A stretch of 64,000 nucleotides of DNA from an uncultured delta proteobacterium. Lineage in GTDB: Bacteria; Myxococcota_A; Polyangia; Polyangiales; Polyangiaceae. The notes beneath the pieces are model-generated. The model worked only from the letters and a program-made list of their open reading frames with translations, made no database searches and was not told the DNA's origin. The stretch is taken from contig CAWAIF010000003.1 in assembly GCA_963782055.1 (NCBI GenBank), positions 3,168,001 to 3,232,000 of the forward strand. The letters are read 5' to 3'. Below are positions 38,496 through 49,022 of the stretch, in pieces. Both the position numbers and the translations under genes were made by a program. Each line of letters begins with the position of its first letter. Positions within the stretch are counted from its first letter, which is position 1.

Positions 38496-39128
38496 CTACT
38501 TCGTTCCGAAGAGGCGATCCCCCGCGTCCCCCAGCCCCGGGAGGATGTACCCGTGATCGTTCAACCGCTCGTCCACCGCCGCGGTGAACACCGGGACGTC
38601 CGGGTGACGTTCGTGGAAGGTCTTGAGGCCCTCCGGGCAGGCGAGCAGGCACACGAAGCGCAGGCTCCCCGGCTTGGCCGCCTTGATGCGGTCCACCGCG
38701 GCGACCGCGGAGTTGCCGGTCGCGAGCATCGGGTCGCAGAGGATGACGTCGCGGTCGTGGAGGTCGTCCGGCATGCGGTAGTAGTACTCGACCGCCTGGA
38801 GCGTCTTCGGGTCGCGGTACAGGCCGATGTGTCCGACGCGCGCGCTCGGCACGATGCGCAGCATGCCATCGACGATGCCCTGGCCGGCCCGCATGATGGC
38901 CACGAGCACGAGCTTCTTCCCGTCCAGGAGCGGCGAGGTCATCGTGGCCAGCGGCGTCTCGATCTCCACGTCGGTCGTCTTGACGTCCCGCAGCGCCTCG
39001 TAGGCCAGCAGCATGGATATCTCGGACAGCAGAGCGCGGAAGTTGGAGGTGCTCGCCTCCTTGCGGCGCATGAGGGTGAGCTTGTGCTTGATGAGCGGGT
39101 GATCCACGACCGTCGCTTGGCTGGCCAT
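38496..39128 (-). CDS. upp: Uracil phosphoribosyltransferase
   Basis: [22 protein letters not shown] and [18 protein letters not shown]. Confidence 0.97.
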   Translation of the reverse strand: MASQATVVDHPLIKHKLTLMRRKEASTSNFRALLSEISMLLAYEALRDVKTTDVEIETPLATMTSPLLDGKKLVLVAIMRAGQGIVDGMLRIVPSARVGHIGLYRDPKTLQAVEYYYRMPDDLHDRDVILCDPMLATGNSAVAAVDRIKAAKPGSLRFVCLLACPEGLKTFHERHPDVPVFTAAVDERLNDHGYILPGLGDAGDRLFGTK

Positions 39129-39200
39129 GCGCCCGAGAGACCACCCGGAGACCGCCCGTGTCAAGCCACGCGGTGGCCTCTGCCGTGGTAGGCTGAAAGC

Positions 39201-41453
39201 ATGGGACAGGCCCCAAGCGGGACGATACGCAGGCGCCGCAGCGGGTATCTGCGCGCGGAGCCTTCGCGTTTCGTCGGACGCCGGGCGGAGCTGGAGCAGC
39301 TCGCCGAGCCGCTCGCCCGCAGCCGCCTGGTCTCGGTGGTGGGGCCGGCGGGCATCGGCAAGACGCGCCTCGCCCTGCGGTACGCCACGGCGCGAGGCGA
39401 GCGCTACCGGAGCGTCTGGTTCTGCGACGTGAGCGACGCCGGGGACGTGGAGGAGATGACGGCCATCGCCCTGCGCGCGCTCGCGGCGGGGGCGCGCGCG
39501 GTCCCGAGCGAGGCGCACGCTGCCAAGGCGGTGAGGCGGGCGCTGGAGGCGCGACCCGGCGCGCTGGTGATTGTGGACAACATCGAGCACCTGCTCCCCG
39601 CGGCCGCCGGGACGATCCACGAGTGGGTGCAGTCGGCTCCTGGCGTGCGCTTCGTCGTGACCAGCCGGGTGCCGCTGGGGCTGCCGGGCGAGGAGCTGGT
39701 CGAGCTCGGATCCATCGGCGTGCGCGACGCGATGACGCTCTTCATCGAGCGCGTCCGCGCGCGGCAGGCCGACTACGCGCCGCCCACCGACGAGCTGCCG
39801 TACATCGCGGAGATCGTGCGTCACCTCGGCGGGGTGCCGCTGGCGATCGAGCTGGCGGCGGCGCGCGTCGGTGCGGAGGACACCCGCGAGCTCCTCGCCC
39901 GCGTGGTGCCGCGCTCCTGGCCACCTCCGCAGGGGGAGGCGGCCACGCGGCTGGTCGTGGCGCGCGCCTTCTCCCTGCTCTCGCCGGCGGAGCAGCAGAC
40001 GCTGAGCCAGTGCTCGGTGTTCCGCGGGAGCTTCACCCTCCGCGCGGCGAACCACGTCGTGCGGCTCGGCCAGGACTTCGCCGCCCCGGCGAGCGAGGTC
40101 GTGCTCGGCCTGGCCCGGAAGAACCTGCTGGAGGTCCAGCGCTACGCCCCGCTTCGCTTCGCGATGTGCGAGGGCATCCGCTCGGTGGCCGCCGAGGTGC
40201 TCCGGGCGTCGTCGGAGGCGCACGCGGTGGCGTGGCGTCACGCCGAGCACTACGTCAGGAGGGCGAACGCCATCGCCCGCCTGGAGCCGAGCGACGCGCC
40301 GCCGCCTCCCGACGCCGCGGAGGACTGGGACGACCTCGTGGCGGCCATGGCGTTCGGGGCGGAGTCCGGGAGGCCGCGCATCGTGCTGCGCACGGCGCTG
40401 GCGGTGGACGCGCTGGCGCTGGGCAGCGGGCTCGGGTCGACCAAGCTCGCCTACCTGGACGAGGCGCTGCGGATGGGGGCGGCGGGCGATCTCGGCGTGC
40501 TGTCTCGCGCGCTCGGCGTGCGGGCCACCGCGCTCTACGCGCTCGGCCGCCTGGTGGAGGCCCGGCGCGACGCCGAGACCGCCTACCGCCTCGCCGCCGA
40601 GCTGAGCGATCGCCGGCAGATGGGCGCGATGCTCCGGTGGGTGGGCGAGTCGGCGTTCCAGCTCGGCGACTTCGCCTCCGCGCGCGAGCACCTGATGCGC
40701 GCGCTCGAGCTGGAGGAAGAGCGCGGCGAGCCGGTGGCCATCGCGCAGGTGCAGATCCACCTCGGGTCGCTGTACCAGTCGCTGGGGGCCGCGTCGGCCG
40801 CGCGCGAGGCCTTCGAGCGGGCGCAGGAACTCGCGCTGCGCGCCCGGGACGCCGCGGTGGAGGCGCGCGCGCTCATGGGCCTGGGGTGGCACCACTTCGA
40901 GCGCGGGGACCGGGAGATCGCGCGCGAGACGTACGGGCGCGCGCTGGCGACGCTCCGCCGGATGAAGATGGCGCGCAGCGAGCGCATCGTCGTCGGGTAC
41001 ATGGGCGTGCTCTTCTTCGACGCGGGGGATCTGGACGAGGCGGAGGAGCACCTGCGGCGCGCGGCGTTCGCCTCGCGGCAGGCGGGCGACTTCCGCGTGG
41101 AGGGCATCTTCGAGGGCGTGCGCGGCGCGGTGCTCGCCGCGCTGGACGCCACGCGGGAGGCGCGGGCGTCGCTCGACCTCTCCGAGCGCCTCCTCGCCGA
41201 CAACGCGTTCTACGCGGAGTCGGTCGCGGTGTACCGCGGCCACCTGGACCTCGCCGAGGCCCGCGCGGCGCTCGCGGCGGGCGACGACGAGGCGGCGCGC
41301 GCGTGTGTGGAGCACGCGAAGGCCCGCCTGCAGAAGGCGCGAACCGCGGCGTCGGGGAGGCCCCCGCTGGTGCGCCGCTCCGACGACGCGCGCATGGCGG
41401 TGGCGATCCTGGAGCGCGCGATCGCCGCGGCCGGTCGCGCCGTCGCGCGCTGA
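39201..41453 (+). CDS. STAND-like P-loop ATPase with C-terminal TPR repeats
   Basis: FVGRRAEL, Walker [35 protein letters not shown], then TPR-like helices. Confidence 0.85.
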   Translation: MGQAPSGTIRRRRSGYLRAEPSRFVGRRAELEQLAEPLARSRLVSVVGPAGIGKTRLALRYATARGERYRSVWFCDVSDAGDVEEMTAIALRALAAGARAVPSEAHAAKAVRRALEARPGALVIVDNIEHLLPAAAGTIHEWVQSAPGVRFVVTSRVPLGLPGEELVELGSIGVRDAMTLFIERVRARQADYAPPTDELPYIAEIVRHLGGVPLAIELAAARVGAEDTRELLARVVPRSWPPPQGEAATRLVVARAFSLLSPAEQQTLSQCSVFRGSFTLRAANHVVRLGQDFAAPASEVVLGLARKNLLEVQRYAPLRFAMCEGIRSVAAEVLRASSEAHAVAWRHAEHYVRRANAIARLEPSDAPPPPDAAEDWDDLVAAMAFGAESGRPRIVLRTALAVDALALGSGLGSTKLAYLDEALRMGAAGDLGVLSRALGVRATALYALGRLVEARRDAETAYRLAAELSDRRQMGAMLRWVGESAFQLGDFASAREHLMRALELEEERGEPVAIAQVQIHLGSLYQSLGAASAAREAFERAQELALRARDAAVEARALMGLGWHHFERGDREIARETYGRALATLRRMKMARSERIVVGYMGVLFFDAGDLDEAEEHLRRAAFASRQAGDFRVEGIFEGVRGAVLAALDATREARASLDLSERLLADNAFYAESVAVYRGHLDLAEARAALAAGDDEAARACVEHAKARLQKARTAASGRPPLVRRSDDARMAVAILERAIAAAGRAVAR

Positions 41454-41465
41454 AGCCGCCCGCCC

Positions 41466-44090
41466 CTACACCCTCGGCTCGAGGAACCCGGCGACCTTGC
41501 CCTCGATGGTCTGCACCGCCTCCGCGCTCGCGTACGAGGGGGGCAGGGTGATCTTGCCGTCGGAGCGGGCGGCGTAGCCGAGGTCGACGAACGCCGCGAA
41601 GGCGTTCTCGAACAGGGGCCGGCTCACCGCCTCACGGCGGGAGATCTCGCCGGCGAGGTACATGCGCTCACCCACCCCGATGGCCTTCTTGGCGAGGTCC
41701 TTCGCGAGCAGCGGCCCGCGCACGAGCAGCGTCAGCGCGCGCGCGGCCACGCGGTAGCCCTCGACGAAGTTCTTCAGCATCTGCGCGTAGTGCTCGACCT
41801 GCACGCGCCCGTCGATCCGCACCCGGCCCTCCTCCCGGGAGACCTCGCCGTCGTGGATCATCGCGGCCAGCGTGTCCTCGAAGATGCGATCGAACGCGGC
41901 GTCGGCGCGGAACTGGAACTCGTACTTGAACAGGCGCGACAGCGACAGCACCCGCTCGCGGAGCGTCGCCTCCAGGACGGGCGTGCCGGGCGGCGCCACC
42001 AGCGCCGTCGCCACCAGGCCGCGCGCGACGAAGAAGTGCACGACGATGTTCTTGGCCAGGTCCAGCGAGAGGCGCGCCTCGTCGGGCACGATGTAGATCG
42101 CCCCCGGCACCACGCCGCGGAGCTTCTCCGGCTTCTTCCCGCCCGCGCCCGGCAGCCGCGCCTCCAGGTGCCCGGCGCGCACGAACAGGTCGCACGCCTC
42201 CCGCACCGCCTCCAGGCGGATGCGCCCGGGCTGGTGCGGGTAGGCGAGGGAAGGGGAGAAGCGCGCACCGAAGCGATGCAGGGTGCGCGCGAGCCGCTCG
42301 CAGGTCTCCGTGAGCTCGTCGTAGGTGAGGCCGCGCTTGCCGTGCGTGAGCAGGGCGGTGGCGACGAGCGCGCCCGGCGTCACCGCGGTGACGCGGTTGA
42401 TCTCGTTCATCACGCGGTAGCCGAGGCGCGTGACGATCGCCCGGCGCTTGGCGGGGGTGAGGTGCGCCAGCGCGGAGGGTGGCGCGTTCGGGTCGATGTC
42501 CTTGAGCACGCCCTCCAGCGTGAGGATCTCGCCGAACTGGACGCTGAGCCGCCCGTAGCGCCCGGCGACGACGCTCGCGGTCCCGAGCAGGCCCTTCATG
42601 TCCTCCTTGGACTTCTCGCCGCCGGAGACCTCGTTGACGTAGGCCTGCTCCTCGACGAGCCGCTCGTAGCCGATGGAGATGGGGACGAAGACGAGCGGTC
42701 GCTCGGTGACGCCCAGCGCGGCGTCCACGACGATGGAGAGCAATCCCAGCTTGGGCGGCAGCAGCTTGCCGGTGCGCGAGCGGCCGCCCTCCAGGAAGAA
42801 CTCCAGCGGCCAGCCGTCACGCAGCAGGCGCCGCATGTAGGCGCTCACCACCGCGCCGTAGAGGCGATCGCCCTTGAAGGTGCGCCGGATGAAGAAGGCG
42901 CCGGCGCGGCGGAGCACCGGACCCAGCGGGAAGAAGTCCAGGTTGTCCCCCGCCGCGATGAGGGGGGCCTGCATGTGCGCGTGGTAGAGCACGCGCGTCA
43001 GCACGATGTAGTCGACGTGCGATTTGTGGCTGGGCAGGTAGACCACCGTCGCCCCGCGCGCGGCGTCGCGCACGCGCTCCAGGCCCTCCTTGTCCACCTC
43101 CAGGCTGCTGTACATGCGCGCGACGGTCTGGTCGAAGATGCGATCGAGCATCGCGAGGGTGTTGGCCTCCGGCTGCGCCTCCATCTCGCGGAGCATCGCG
43201 TGGGCCTTCCACCGGAGCACGCGCCGCTCCTTCTCGCCCTCGCCCGCCATGTCGCGGATGATCTTCCGCAGCTTCGGGCTGCGGATCACCTCGTCGCGCA
43301 GGCGGTCAGCCGGCTTGCGCGTCGGTCCGATGACCCCGCGCCGCTCTCGCTCCAGCCGCCGCAGGAGGGTGTAGGTCATCCGCCGCACCAGCACCGCGTC
43401 GGAGACCGGCTGGTCGTCGTCCTCGCCGCGCGCCTCGGCCTCCAGGAACGCCTTCACGTCCAGCGGCTCGCCCGCGCGCAGCGTGACGCCGCGGTAGTTG
43501 GCGAAGAACTGCGCCAGCGTGCGGATCTTCCCCGGCCACTCGCGCGGGCCCAGCACCGCGTCCATCGTGGTGTGCTTGGCGGCGTCGCCGTGCTTGGACC
43601 AGACGAACACCTGCGGCACCATGAGGACAGGGCGCTCGCTGTCCCGCTGCACCTCCAGGATGGTGCGCAGGAAGAGATCGCCCTCGATGCGCCCGCGGCT
43701 GCCCGGCTCCGTCAAGGTCGGCGGGCGCTTGAGGAAGAGCGCGGCGGACGCTCCGTCGGAGACCGCGCGGCGAAGGTCACCGGCGTCGCGCGTCTCGTCG
43801 TGGGGGCCGAGCGCGTGGAGCCAGCCGCGGCCCATCGGCTCGAGCACCCACAGGCCGAGGTCGTTGGCGAAGCGGACCTGCGGCAGGTGGTGGCGCTTGG
43901 TCAGGTAGTCGAGCGCGAGGAAATCCACGAAGGACAGGTTGCGCAGGACGTAGACGACGGTGCCGCGCGACTCCGCCTGGCGCACCCGCGCCGCCCAGGC
44001 CTCGTCGACCTCGATGTGCTCGAAGAACCTGCGGTAGACCGCGGCGAGGAGGGGGTTCGGCTCGTAGGAGACGAGGGGCCTGTCAGTCAC
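41466..44090 (-). CDS. plsB: Glycerol-3-phosphate O-acyltransferase (PlsB-like)
   Basis: PSHKSHVDY (HxxxxD), AAGDNL, GAFFIRR and FFLEGGRSRTGKL. Confidence 0.88.
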   Translation of the reverse strand: MTDRPLVSYEPNPLLAAVYRRFFEHIEVDEAWAARVRQAESRGTVVYVLRNLSFVDFLALDYLTKRHHLPQVRFANDLGLWVLEPMGRGWLHALGPHDETRDAGDLRRAVSDGASAALFLKRPPTLTEPGSRGRIEGDLFLRTILEVQRDSERPVLMVPQVFVWSKHGDAAKHTTMDAVLGPREWPGKIRTLAQFFANYRGVTLRAGEPLDVKAFLEAEARGEDDDQPVSDAVLVRRMTYTLLRRLERERRGVIGPTRKPADRLRDEVIRSPKLRKIIRDMAGEGEKERRVLRWKAHAMLREMEAQPEANTLAMLDRIFDQTVARMYSSLEVDKEGLERVRDAARGATVVYLPSHKSHVDYIVLTRVLYHAHMQAPLIAAGDNLDFFPLGPVLRRAGAFFIRRTFKGDRLYGAVVSAYMRRLLRDGWPLEFFLEGGRSRTGKLLPPKLGLLSIVVDAALGVTERPLVFVPISIGYERLVEEQAYVNEVSGGEKSKEDMKGLLGTASVVAGRYGRLSVQFGEILTLEGVLKDIDPNAPPSALAHLTPAKRRAIVTRLGYRVMNEINRVTAVTPGALVATALLTHGKRGLTYDELTETCERLARTLHRFGARFSPSLAYPHQPGRIRLEAVREACDLFVRAGHLEARLPGAGGKKPEKLRGVVPGAIYIVPDEARLSLDLAKNIVVHFFVARGLVATALVAPPGTPVLEATLRERVLSLSRLFKYEFQFRADAAFDRIFEDTLAAMIHDGEVSREEGRVRIDGRVQVEHYAQMLKNFVEGYRVAARALTLLVRGPLLAKDLAKKAIGVGERMYLAGEISRREAVSRPLFENAFAAFVDLGYAARSDGKITLPPSYASAEAVQTIEGKVAGFLEPRV

Positions 44091-44103
44091 GCCTGCGCCG
44101 TTT

Positions 44104-44703
44104 TCAGCCGCCGCCGAAGGCCTTCTTCATGATCTCGACGATCTGCTTCTCGGCGTCGGGCGTGAGGCCGTTGTCGTTGGCGTACGGCCACGTGAACCCG
44201 AAGGAGCGCACCTGGTTGCAGGAGAGCGACACCAGGATGTCCGCCGGCGGCTGGTTGGGCTGCGCGATGGAGACGCCGAACTCGGCGTACATGCAGTTCT
44301 CCTTCGGCTGGGTGAAGCTGGAGTCGTGACCGAGCACGGCGAGCAGGTCGTCGTGCATCTTCGGGTCGTTGAGCGGCAGCCAGCCGAGGATGCGAAAGTC
44401 GTGGAAGCGCGCCTCGTTCTGCGCGGGGGCCGCTGCGGCGCCGGCGCCGGGGATGAGCCCGGGGGGCAGGAGGCCGGGCGGCAGGAGGGAGGCACCGGCG
44501 GTGACCCACTGCTGGATCTGCGGCGGGATGGTGAGCGTGCCGGCCGCAGCGGCCTGCTGCGGCGGCGGCTCGTAGTTCTGCAGCCGGTAGACGGTGATGG
44601 GAGCGCTCTTGAGCGACTCGAAGGGCTGCGAAAGCGACGAGGCGCAGCCGGTGGCGAACAGGAGCGCGGGCACTGCGAACACGAGGGCGGCGGACCTGGG
44701 CAT
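44104..44703 (-). CDS. Hypothetical lipoprotein
   Basis: ATG 44703, lipobox ATGC, and a pair of Cys in the C-terminal domain. Confidence 0.72.
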   Translation of the reverse strand: MPRSAALVFAVPALLFATGCASSLSQPFESLKSAPITVYRLQNYEPPPQQAAAAGTLTIPPQIQQWVTAGASLLPPGLLPPGLIPGAGAAAAPAQNEARFHDFRILGWLPLNDPKMHDDLLAVLGHDSSFTQPKENCMYAEFGVSIAQPNQPPADILVSLSCNQVRSFGFTWPYANDNGLTPDAEKQIVEIMKKAFGGG

Positions 44704-44763
44704 TGGCGTAATGTCCCCGGCTTTTCGGCGCGTGGCAATAGGGCACGTGGCAAGATGGGCCCC

Positions 44764-45216
44764 ATGCTGCGAATCAAGCGCATCGATCACGTCGCGATCT
44801 GCGTCCCGGACATCGACGAGGCCCAGGGCAAGTACGAGCGCGCGCTCGGCCTGATCCCGCGCTCCCGCGAGGTGGTCGCCTCTCAGAAGACCGAGGCGGC
44901 GCTCCTTCCCGTCGGCGACGCAGAGCACGGCACCGACATCGAGCTGATCGCGCCCCGCGGCAACGAAGGTCTTGCGCGCTTCCTGGAGAAGCGGGGGCCC
45001 GGGCTGCACCACATCGCCGTGGAGGTGGAGGGCATCGAGGAGGCGCTCGGCTTTCTGAAGGCGCTGGGCGTACCCCTCATCGACGAGACTCCGCGCCTCG
45101 GTGCGCGGGGCCACAAGGTGGCGTTCGTGCACCCCCGGGCGCTCGGCGGCGTGCTCGTGGAGCTCGTCGAGCCGGCCGGGGATCACCCCGGTGGCACCGG
45201 AGCGACGGAGGAGTGA
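44764..45216 (+). CDS. mce: Methylmalonyl-CoA epimerase (VOC family)
   Basis: IDHVAI, IELIAP, FLEKRGPGLHHIA and VAFVHP...GVLVELVE. Confidence 0.9.
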   Translation: MLRIKRIDHVAICVPDIDEAQGKYERALGLIPRSREVVASQKTEAALLPVGDAEHGTDIELIAPRGNEGLARFLEKRGPGLHHIAVEVEGIEEALGFLKALGVPLIDETPRLGARGHKVAFVHPRALGGVLVELVEPAGDHPGGTGATEE

Positions 45217-45347
45217 ACGGCTTGCGCGCGCGCCCCCGGCCTCGTGAGAGCCTTGCGCCACGGCAAAACCCGCTTGGTTTGGGGCGCGGGCTCTTGTAGG
45301 TTTGCGGGGCAGGCGACCTGCACGCCGGCCGACCAAGGGAGGAAGGA

Positions 45348-46394
45348 TTGAAGACGCAACGTTGGGTAGCAGCGCTCCTCGCGGCCACGATGACCGCGAC
45401 GCTGGGCGTGAGCTCTATCTCCACGACGGCCTTTGCCGCCAAGCCCAAGCCCAAGCCCGCGGCCACGGCGAAGGGCCCCTCTCTCAAGGAAGCCAAGGCC
45501 CACTACGAGTCGGGCCTGAAGAAGTTCAACGGCGGTGATTTCGCCGGCGCTCTGGACGACTTCAAGGCGGCGGACGCCATCAAGTCGACTCCCCAGTCGC
45601 AGCGCTACATCGGCCTCTGCGAGGACAAGCTCGGCCACTACGCCGAGGCGGTCGCCGCGTACGAGAGGTTCCTCGCCGCCGTCCCCGCCAAGATGAAGAA
45701 GGAGGGCGAGGAGCTGACCAAGCGCGTCGCGGAGATCAAGGCGATGCCCGCCAAGCTCCACGTGGAGACCACGCCTCCCGGCGCCACCATCACCGCCGAC
45801 GGCAAGCAGATGGCCGTCACCCCGGCGGACATCGAGCTCACGCCCGGCAAGCACATCCTCAGGCTGGAGCTCGCCGGCTACCTCCCGATCGACAAGGACG
45901 TGGACGTGGCCTACGGCGCCAAGGAAGACGTCAAGAACGAGCTGCAGGCCAAGCCGGCCGAGGCGACGCCCCCGGCGCCCGTCGCGACGACGCCGCCTCC
46001 GACGACGCCGGCGCCCGCCGAGCCGCCGCCCGCCGAGGAGCCGCAGCACAGGAGCAAGGTGCCCGCCTTCATCACCGGCGGCATCGCCGTCGCCGCGCTG
46101 GGCGTGGGCATCGGCTTCGGCATCGCCGCGCTCGGCAAGAAAAGCGATTTCGACTCCAACCCGCAGGAGGGCACCGCCGAGGACGGCGAGAACTTCGCCC
46201 TGGTGGCGGACATGGCGTTCGGCGTCGCGATCACCCTCGGCGTGACCAGCGCCGTCCTCTTCTTCACCAAGGATGACGAGCCCGCGAAGGCGGCCAACAC
46301 GCACACCCCCAGGAAGGTCGCGCCGCTGCGGATCATCCCCACGCCTTTCATCACCCCGCACGGCGGCGGCGCCGGCGCCGTGATGCGCTTCTGA
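45348..46394 (+). CDS. Secreted TPR + PEGA domain protein with Gly-rich hydrophobic C-terminus
   Basis: TTG start after GGAGGAAGG, signal peptide, TPR helices and PEGA (TTPPGATITADG...TP...PGKH). Ends GGGAGAVMRF. Confidence 0.82.
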   Translation: MKTQRWVAALLAATMTATLGVSSISTTAFAAKPKPKPAATAKGPSLKEAKAHYESGLKKFNGGDFAGALDDFKAADAIKSTPQSQRYIGLCEDKLGHYAEAVAAYERFLAAVPAKMKKEGEELTKRVAEIKAMPAKLHVETTPPGATITADGKQMAVTPADIELTPGKHILRLELAGYLPIDKDVDVAYGAKEDVKNELQAKPAEATPPAPVATTPPPTTPAPAEPPPAEEPQHRSKVPAFITGGIAVAALGVGIGFGIAALGKKSDFDSNPQEGTAEDGENFALVADMAFGVAITLGVTSAVLFFTKDDEPAKAANTHTPRKVAPLRIIPTPFITPHGGGAGAVMRF

Positions 46395-46407
46395 GGAGAC
46401 GCGATCG

Positions 46408-46758
46408 ATGAAGATCAGGACGACACGTGTGCTCACTGTGCTCTTGCTCGGCGTCGCCGTAGGAGGGTGCGAGCTGGTCGTGGACTTCGACCGCTCCAAG
46501 ATCGACGCCGGCGGTGTCGACGGCTCCTTCGTCGATGCGCCGACGAGCGACGTGGCCAATGACAACAACGTCAACCCCGACTCGGGCGGCAACGACGGCG
46601 GGAGCGATGGGGCGACGGACGCGGGCGGAGACGCGGCCGACGCGACGACGCCCGACTCCGGCAGCGACGCCAGCGTCAGCGACGCCGGCGACGGCGGCGG
46701 GGTGAACGACGCAGGCGCCGACGCCGACGACGGCAGCGCCGACGCAGCGTCGGAGTGA
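46408..46758 (+). CDS. Small acidic low-complexity lipoprotein (DAG/DGG-rich)
   Basis: Lipobox VGGC followed by Asp/Gly/Ala repeats. GGAG SD. Confidence 0.72.
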   Translation: MKIRTTRVLTVLLLGVAVGGCELVVDFDRSKIDAGGVDGSFVDAPTSDVANDNNVNPDSGGNDGGSDGATDAGGDAADATTPDSGSDASVSDAGDGGGVNDAGADADDGSADAASE

Positions 46759-46818
46759 TCCGGGCGGCTGGTCGCCGCGCCGCGTTGAGACCTCGTACGC
46801 GCGCCCGTGGGCTCCGGC

Positions 46819-48147
46819 TCACTGGGCGCGCGTGCATTCCAGGGCGAAGACGCCCTGGCCCACGTCGACGGGCCTGCAGGGGAAGCCGTTCGGGCAATCG
46901 CCGTCGGTGCAGCACGCGTCGGTGCAGTAGCTGCCGTTGTTGTCGGTGACGCAGCGGCGGCCGCGGCAGTCGGTGTCCTGGCTGCAGGAGCTACCCACCG
47001 CCGAGCCCCCGAACTCGGCGGGGAAGGGATCGGTGCAGCCCTGGAAGTCGGCGTTGGCGCCGTAGTACAGGGTACAGTACCGCTGCCCGTACAAGGCGTT
47101 CCCGCACGGGGCGGAGTTGCAGCAGTTGCTCCGGCAGGTCCCGTTGAGGCACGCGTTGCTCGAGCAGTCGGAGGAGTTGTTGCAGCTGCTGTTGTTGCCG
47201 CTGCCGGACTGCGGGTCGCGGCAGACGTAGGTGGCGACGCCGTAGAGCTGACCGCCGGCGCACGCCATCCCGCCGCATTGCACGTCGGAGCAGCACACGT
47301 CGGTGCAGTGGCCGGTGCCGTCGAGCTGGCCGGAGCGGCAGTCGGAGGCGGCGGCGGCGGAGGTGCCCGCGGGGGTGCTGCCGGTGGTCACGCCCGCGGC
47401 GCTCGCCTTGACGCAGTACTTCCCGCCGGTGCCCGACGGGTAGCACACCAGCGTGTTGTTGCCCGCGCACTCCGCCGAGCTGCAGCAGGACTTGGTGCAG
47501 ACGCCGCCGGTCGGCGCGATCTTGGCGCCCACCACGTTGCTGTACGCGCAGAAGCCGGAGGTGCACTCGCGGTCGCCGTTGCACGGGTCGCCCAGGCCGT
47601 GGCTGGCGGTCGGGTCGACACACTTGAGCGTGTCTGGATCGCACACCTGGGGCGAGGTGCAGGGGACCTGCTGGCACGTCTGCGTGGTGGAGATGCACTC
47701 GCCCGTCTTGGGCGCGCACGTCTCGCCCTGCGGGCACACCACGCCGGGGTCGTCGACGATGCCGTTGCAGTCGTTGTCCTTGCCGTCGCACACCTCCGGC
47801 GCGCCGGGGAAGATGCTGGCGTTGTTGTCGTCGCAGTCCTGGTCGAGCACCTTGCCGGCGTCCTGGTCGACGCGGCCGCAGTAGCTGAAGCCATCGTTGT
47901 CGCGATCGGAGAGGGGGCCGTCGTCCACCTTGCCGTTGCAGTCGTCGTCGAGCTGGTTGCACGGGTCATTGCCCGGCTCCAGGCACGGCGTGCATTCGCG
48001 GTTCATGCAGAACTGGCCGTCCGGACACGATCCGGGCGTGCCGTTGCAGTGAGAGCTCGGCAGGTCGCCGGGGACGAGCACCTCGCAGGAGAAGGTCGCG
48101 AGCACCGCGCCCACGAAGAGGACCGAGAGGGCGGTGCGGGCGCGCAT
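46819..48147 (-). CDS. Cys-rich secreted/lipoprotein with MopE-like metal-binding repeats
   Basis: DCDDNNASIFPGAPEVCDGKDNDCNG and many CxxxxxC / CC repeats. N-terminal TFSC. Confidence 0.82.
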   Translation of the reverse strand: MRARTALSVLFVGAVLATFSCEVLVPGDLPSSHCNGTPGSCPDGQFCMNRECTPCLEPGNDPCNQLDDDCNGKVDDGPLSDRDNDGFSYCGRVDQDAGKVLDQDCDDNNASIFPGAPEVCDGKDNDCNGIVDDPGVVCPQGETCAPKTGECISTTQTCQQVPCTSPQVCDPDTLKCVDPTASHGLGDPCNGDRECTSGFCAYSNVVGAKIAPTGGVCTKSCCSSAECAGNNTLVCYPSGTGGKYCVKASAAGVTTGSTPAGTSAAAASDCRSGQLDGTGHCTDVCCSDVQCGGMACAGGQLYGVATYVCRDPQSGSGNNSSCNNSSDCSSNACLNGTCRSNCCNSAPCGNALYGQRYCTLYYGANADFQGCTDPFPAEFGGSAVGSSCSQDTDCRGRRCVTDNNGSYCTDACCTDGDCPNGFPCRPVDVGQGVFALECTRAQ

Positions 48148-48947
48148 CAGAACGTCCCCCCGAACACCACCGCCGCGCCGCCGCGCGTGGGCGCGAAGCC
48201 GAGCGCGGGCGGCGGGTGCTTCTTGTCCTTGGTGCGCCCGAAGAAGAAGGCCAGCGTGGCGCCGGTGCCGACGACGCCGACGATGAAGCCGACGTCGGCG
48301 ATGATGCCCTCGGTGTGCGCCTGGTCCGCCTGCGCCTGGAGCTGGGCGTAGGTGCCGTCGGCGCCGGGCCCGCTCCCCGTCACGTAGTTGTTCTTCGGCT
48401 TGTCGGAGAGCGCGAGGATGCCGAAGGTCGTGCCCACGCCGATGCCGCCCACCGCGATCACCAGCGAGGTGATGGTGAGGGCGTCCACCCGCCCGTGCGG
48501 AGGGGGTGGGGGCGGTCCCGGCACGACGACGGTCACCGTGGCGGTGGGCGCGGCGGTGGCCGACCCCGCGGGCGGCGCCTCCACCTGCGTGCGCGCGCCC
48601 TCCAGCCGCTTGATGATCCCCTCCGCGCGTGCGCGCTCCGCCGGCTCGATGTCCATGTCCAGGTACAGCTTGTAGAAGTGCAGCGCCTGGTCGATGTCCC
48701 CGAGCTTCTCGTTGACGAGGCCCAGGTTGTAGACGAGGTCCTTCGCGTGCGGGTCGAGGGCGCGGGCTGTCTGCAGCTCGACGATGGCCTCCTTGTAATC
48801 GCCCGCCTCGTAGAGGTCGCGCGCCTTCTTGAAGTGCGCGGCCGCCGCCTTGATCGCGGCGGCGGAGGGGGGCTTGCCGTTCGCCGCGTGCGCCTGGGGG
48901 GCAGCGACGCCCAACAGGAGGGCCAGGACCAGGAGCGCGCGCCGCAT
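48147..48947 (-). CDS. Secreted TPR protein with Gly-rich hydrophobic C-terminus
   Basis: Signal peptide, TPR (LVYNLGLVNEKLG...ALHFYKLYL), ending GGAAVVFGGTF. TGATG coupling to the Cys-rich gene. Confidence 0.8.
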   Translation of the reverse strand: MRRALLVLALLLGVAAPQAHAANGKPPSAAAIKAAAAHFKKARDLYEAGDYKEAIVELQTARALDPHAKDLVYNLGLVNEKLGDIDQALHFYKLYLDMDIEPAERARAEGIIKRLEGARTQVEAPPAGSATAAPTATVTVVVPGPPPPPPHGRVDALTITSLVIAVGGIGVGTTFGILALSDKPKNNYVTGSGPGADGTYAQLQAQADQAHTEGIIADVGFIVGVVGTGATLAFFFGRTKDKKHPPPALGFAPTRGGAAVVFGGTF

Positions 48948-49022
48948 CGAGGCGCCAGCATACCGCGGGCGCCGCTGGAGTGTAAGACGCGGCCGAGCCG
49001 GGCGTTGTGGACGCAGAGGTCG

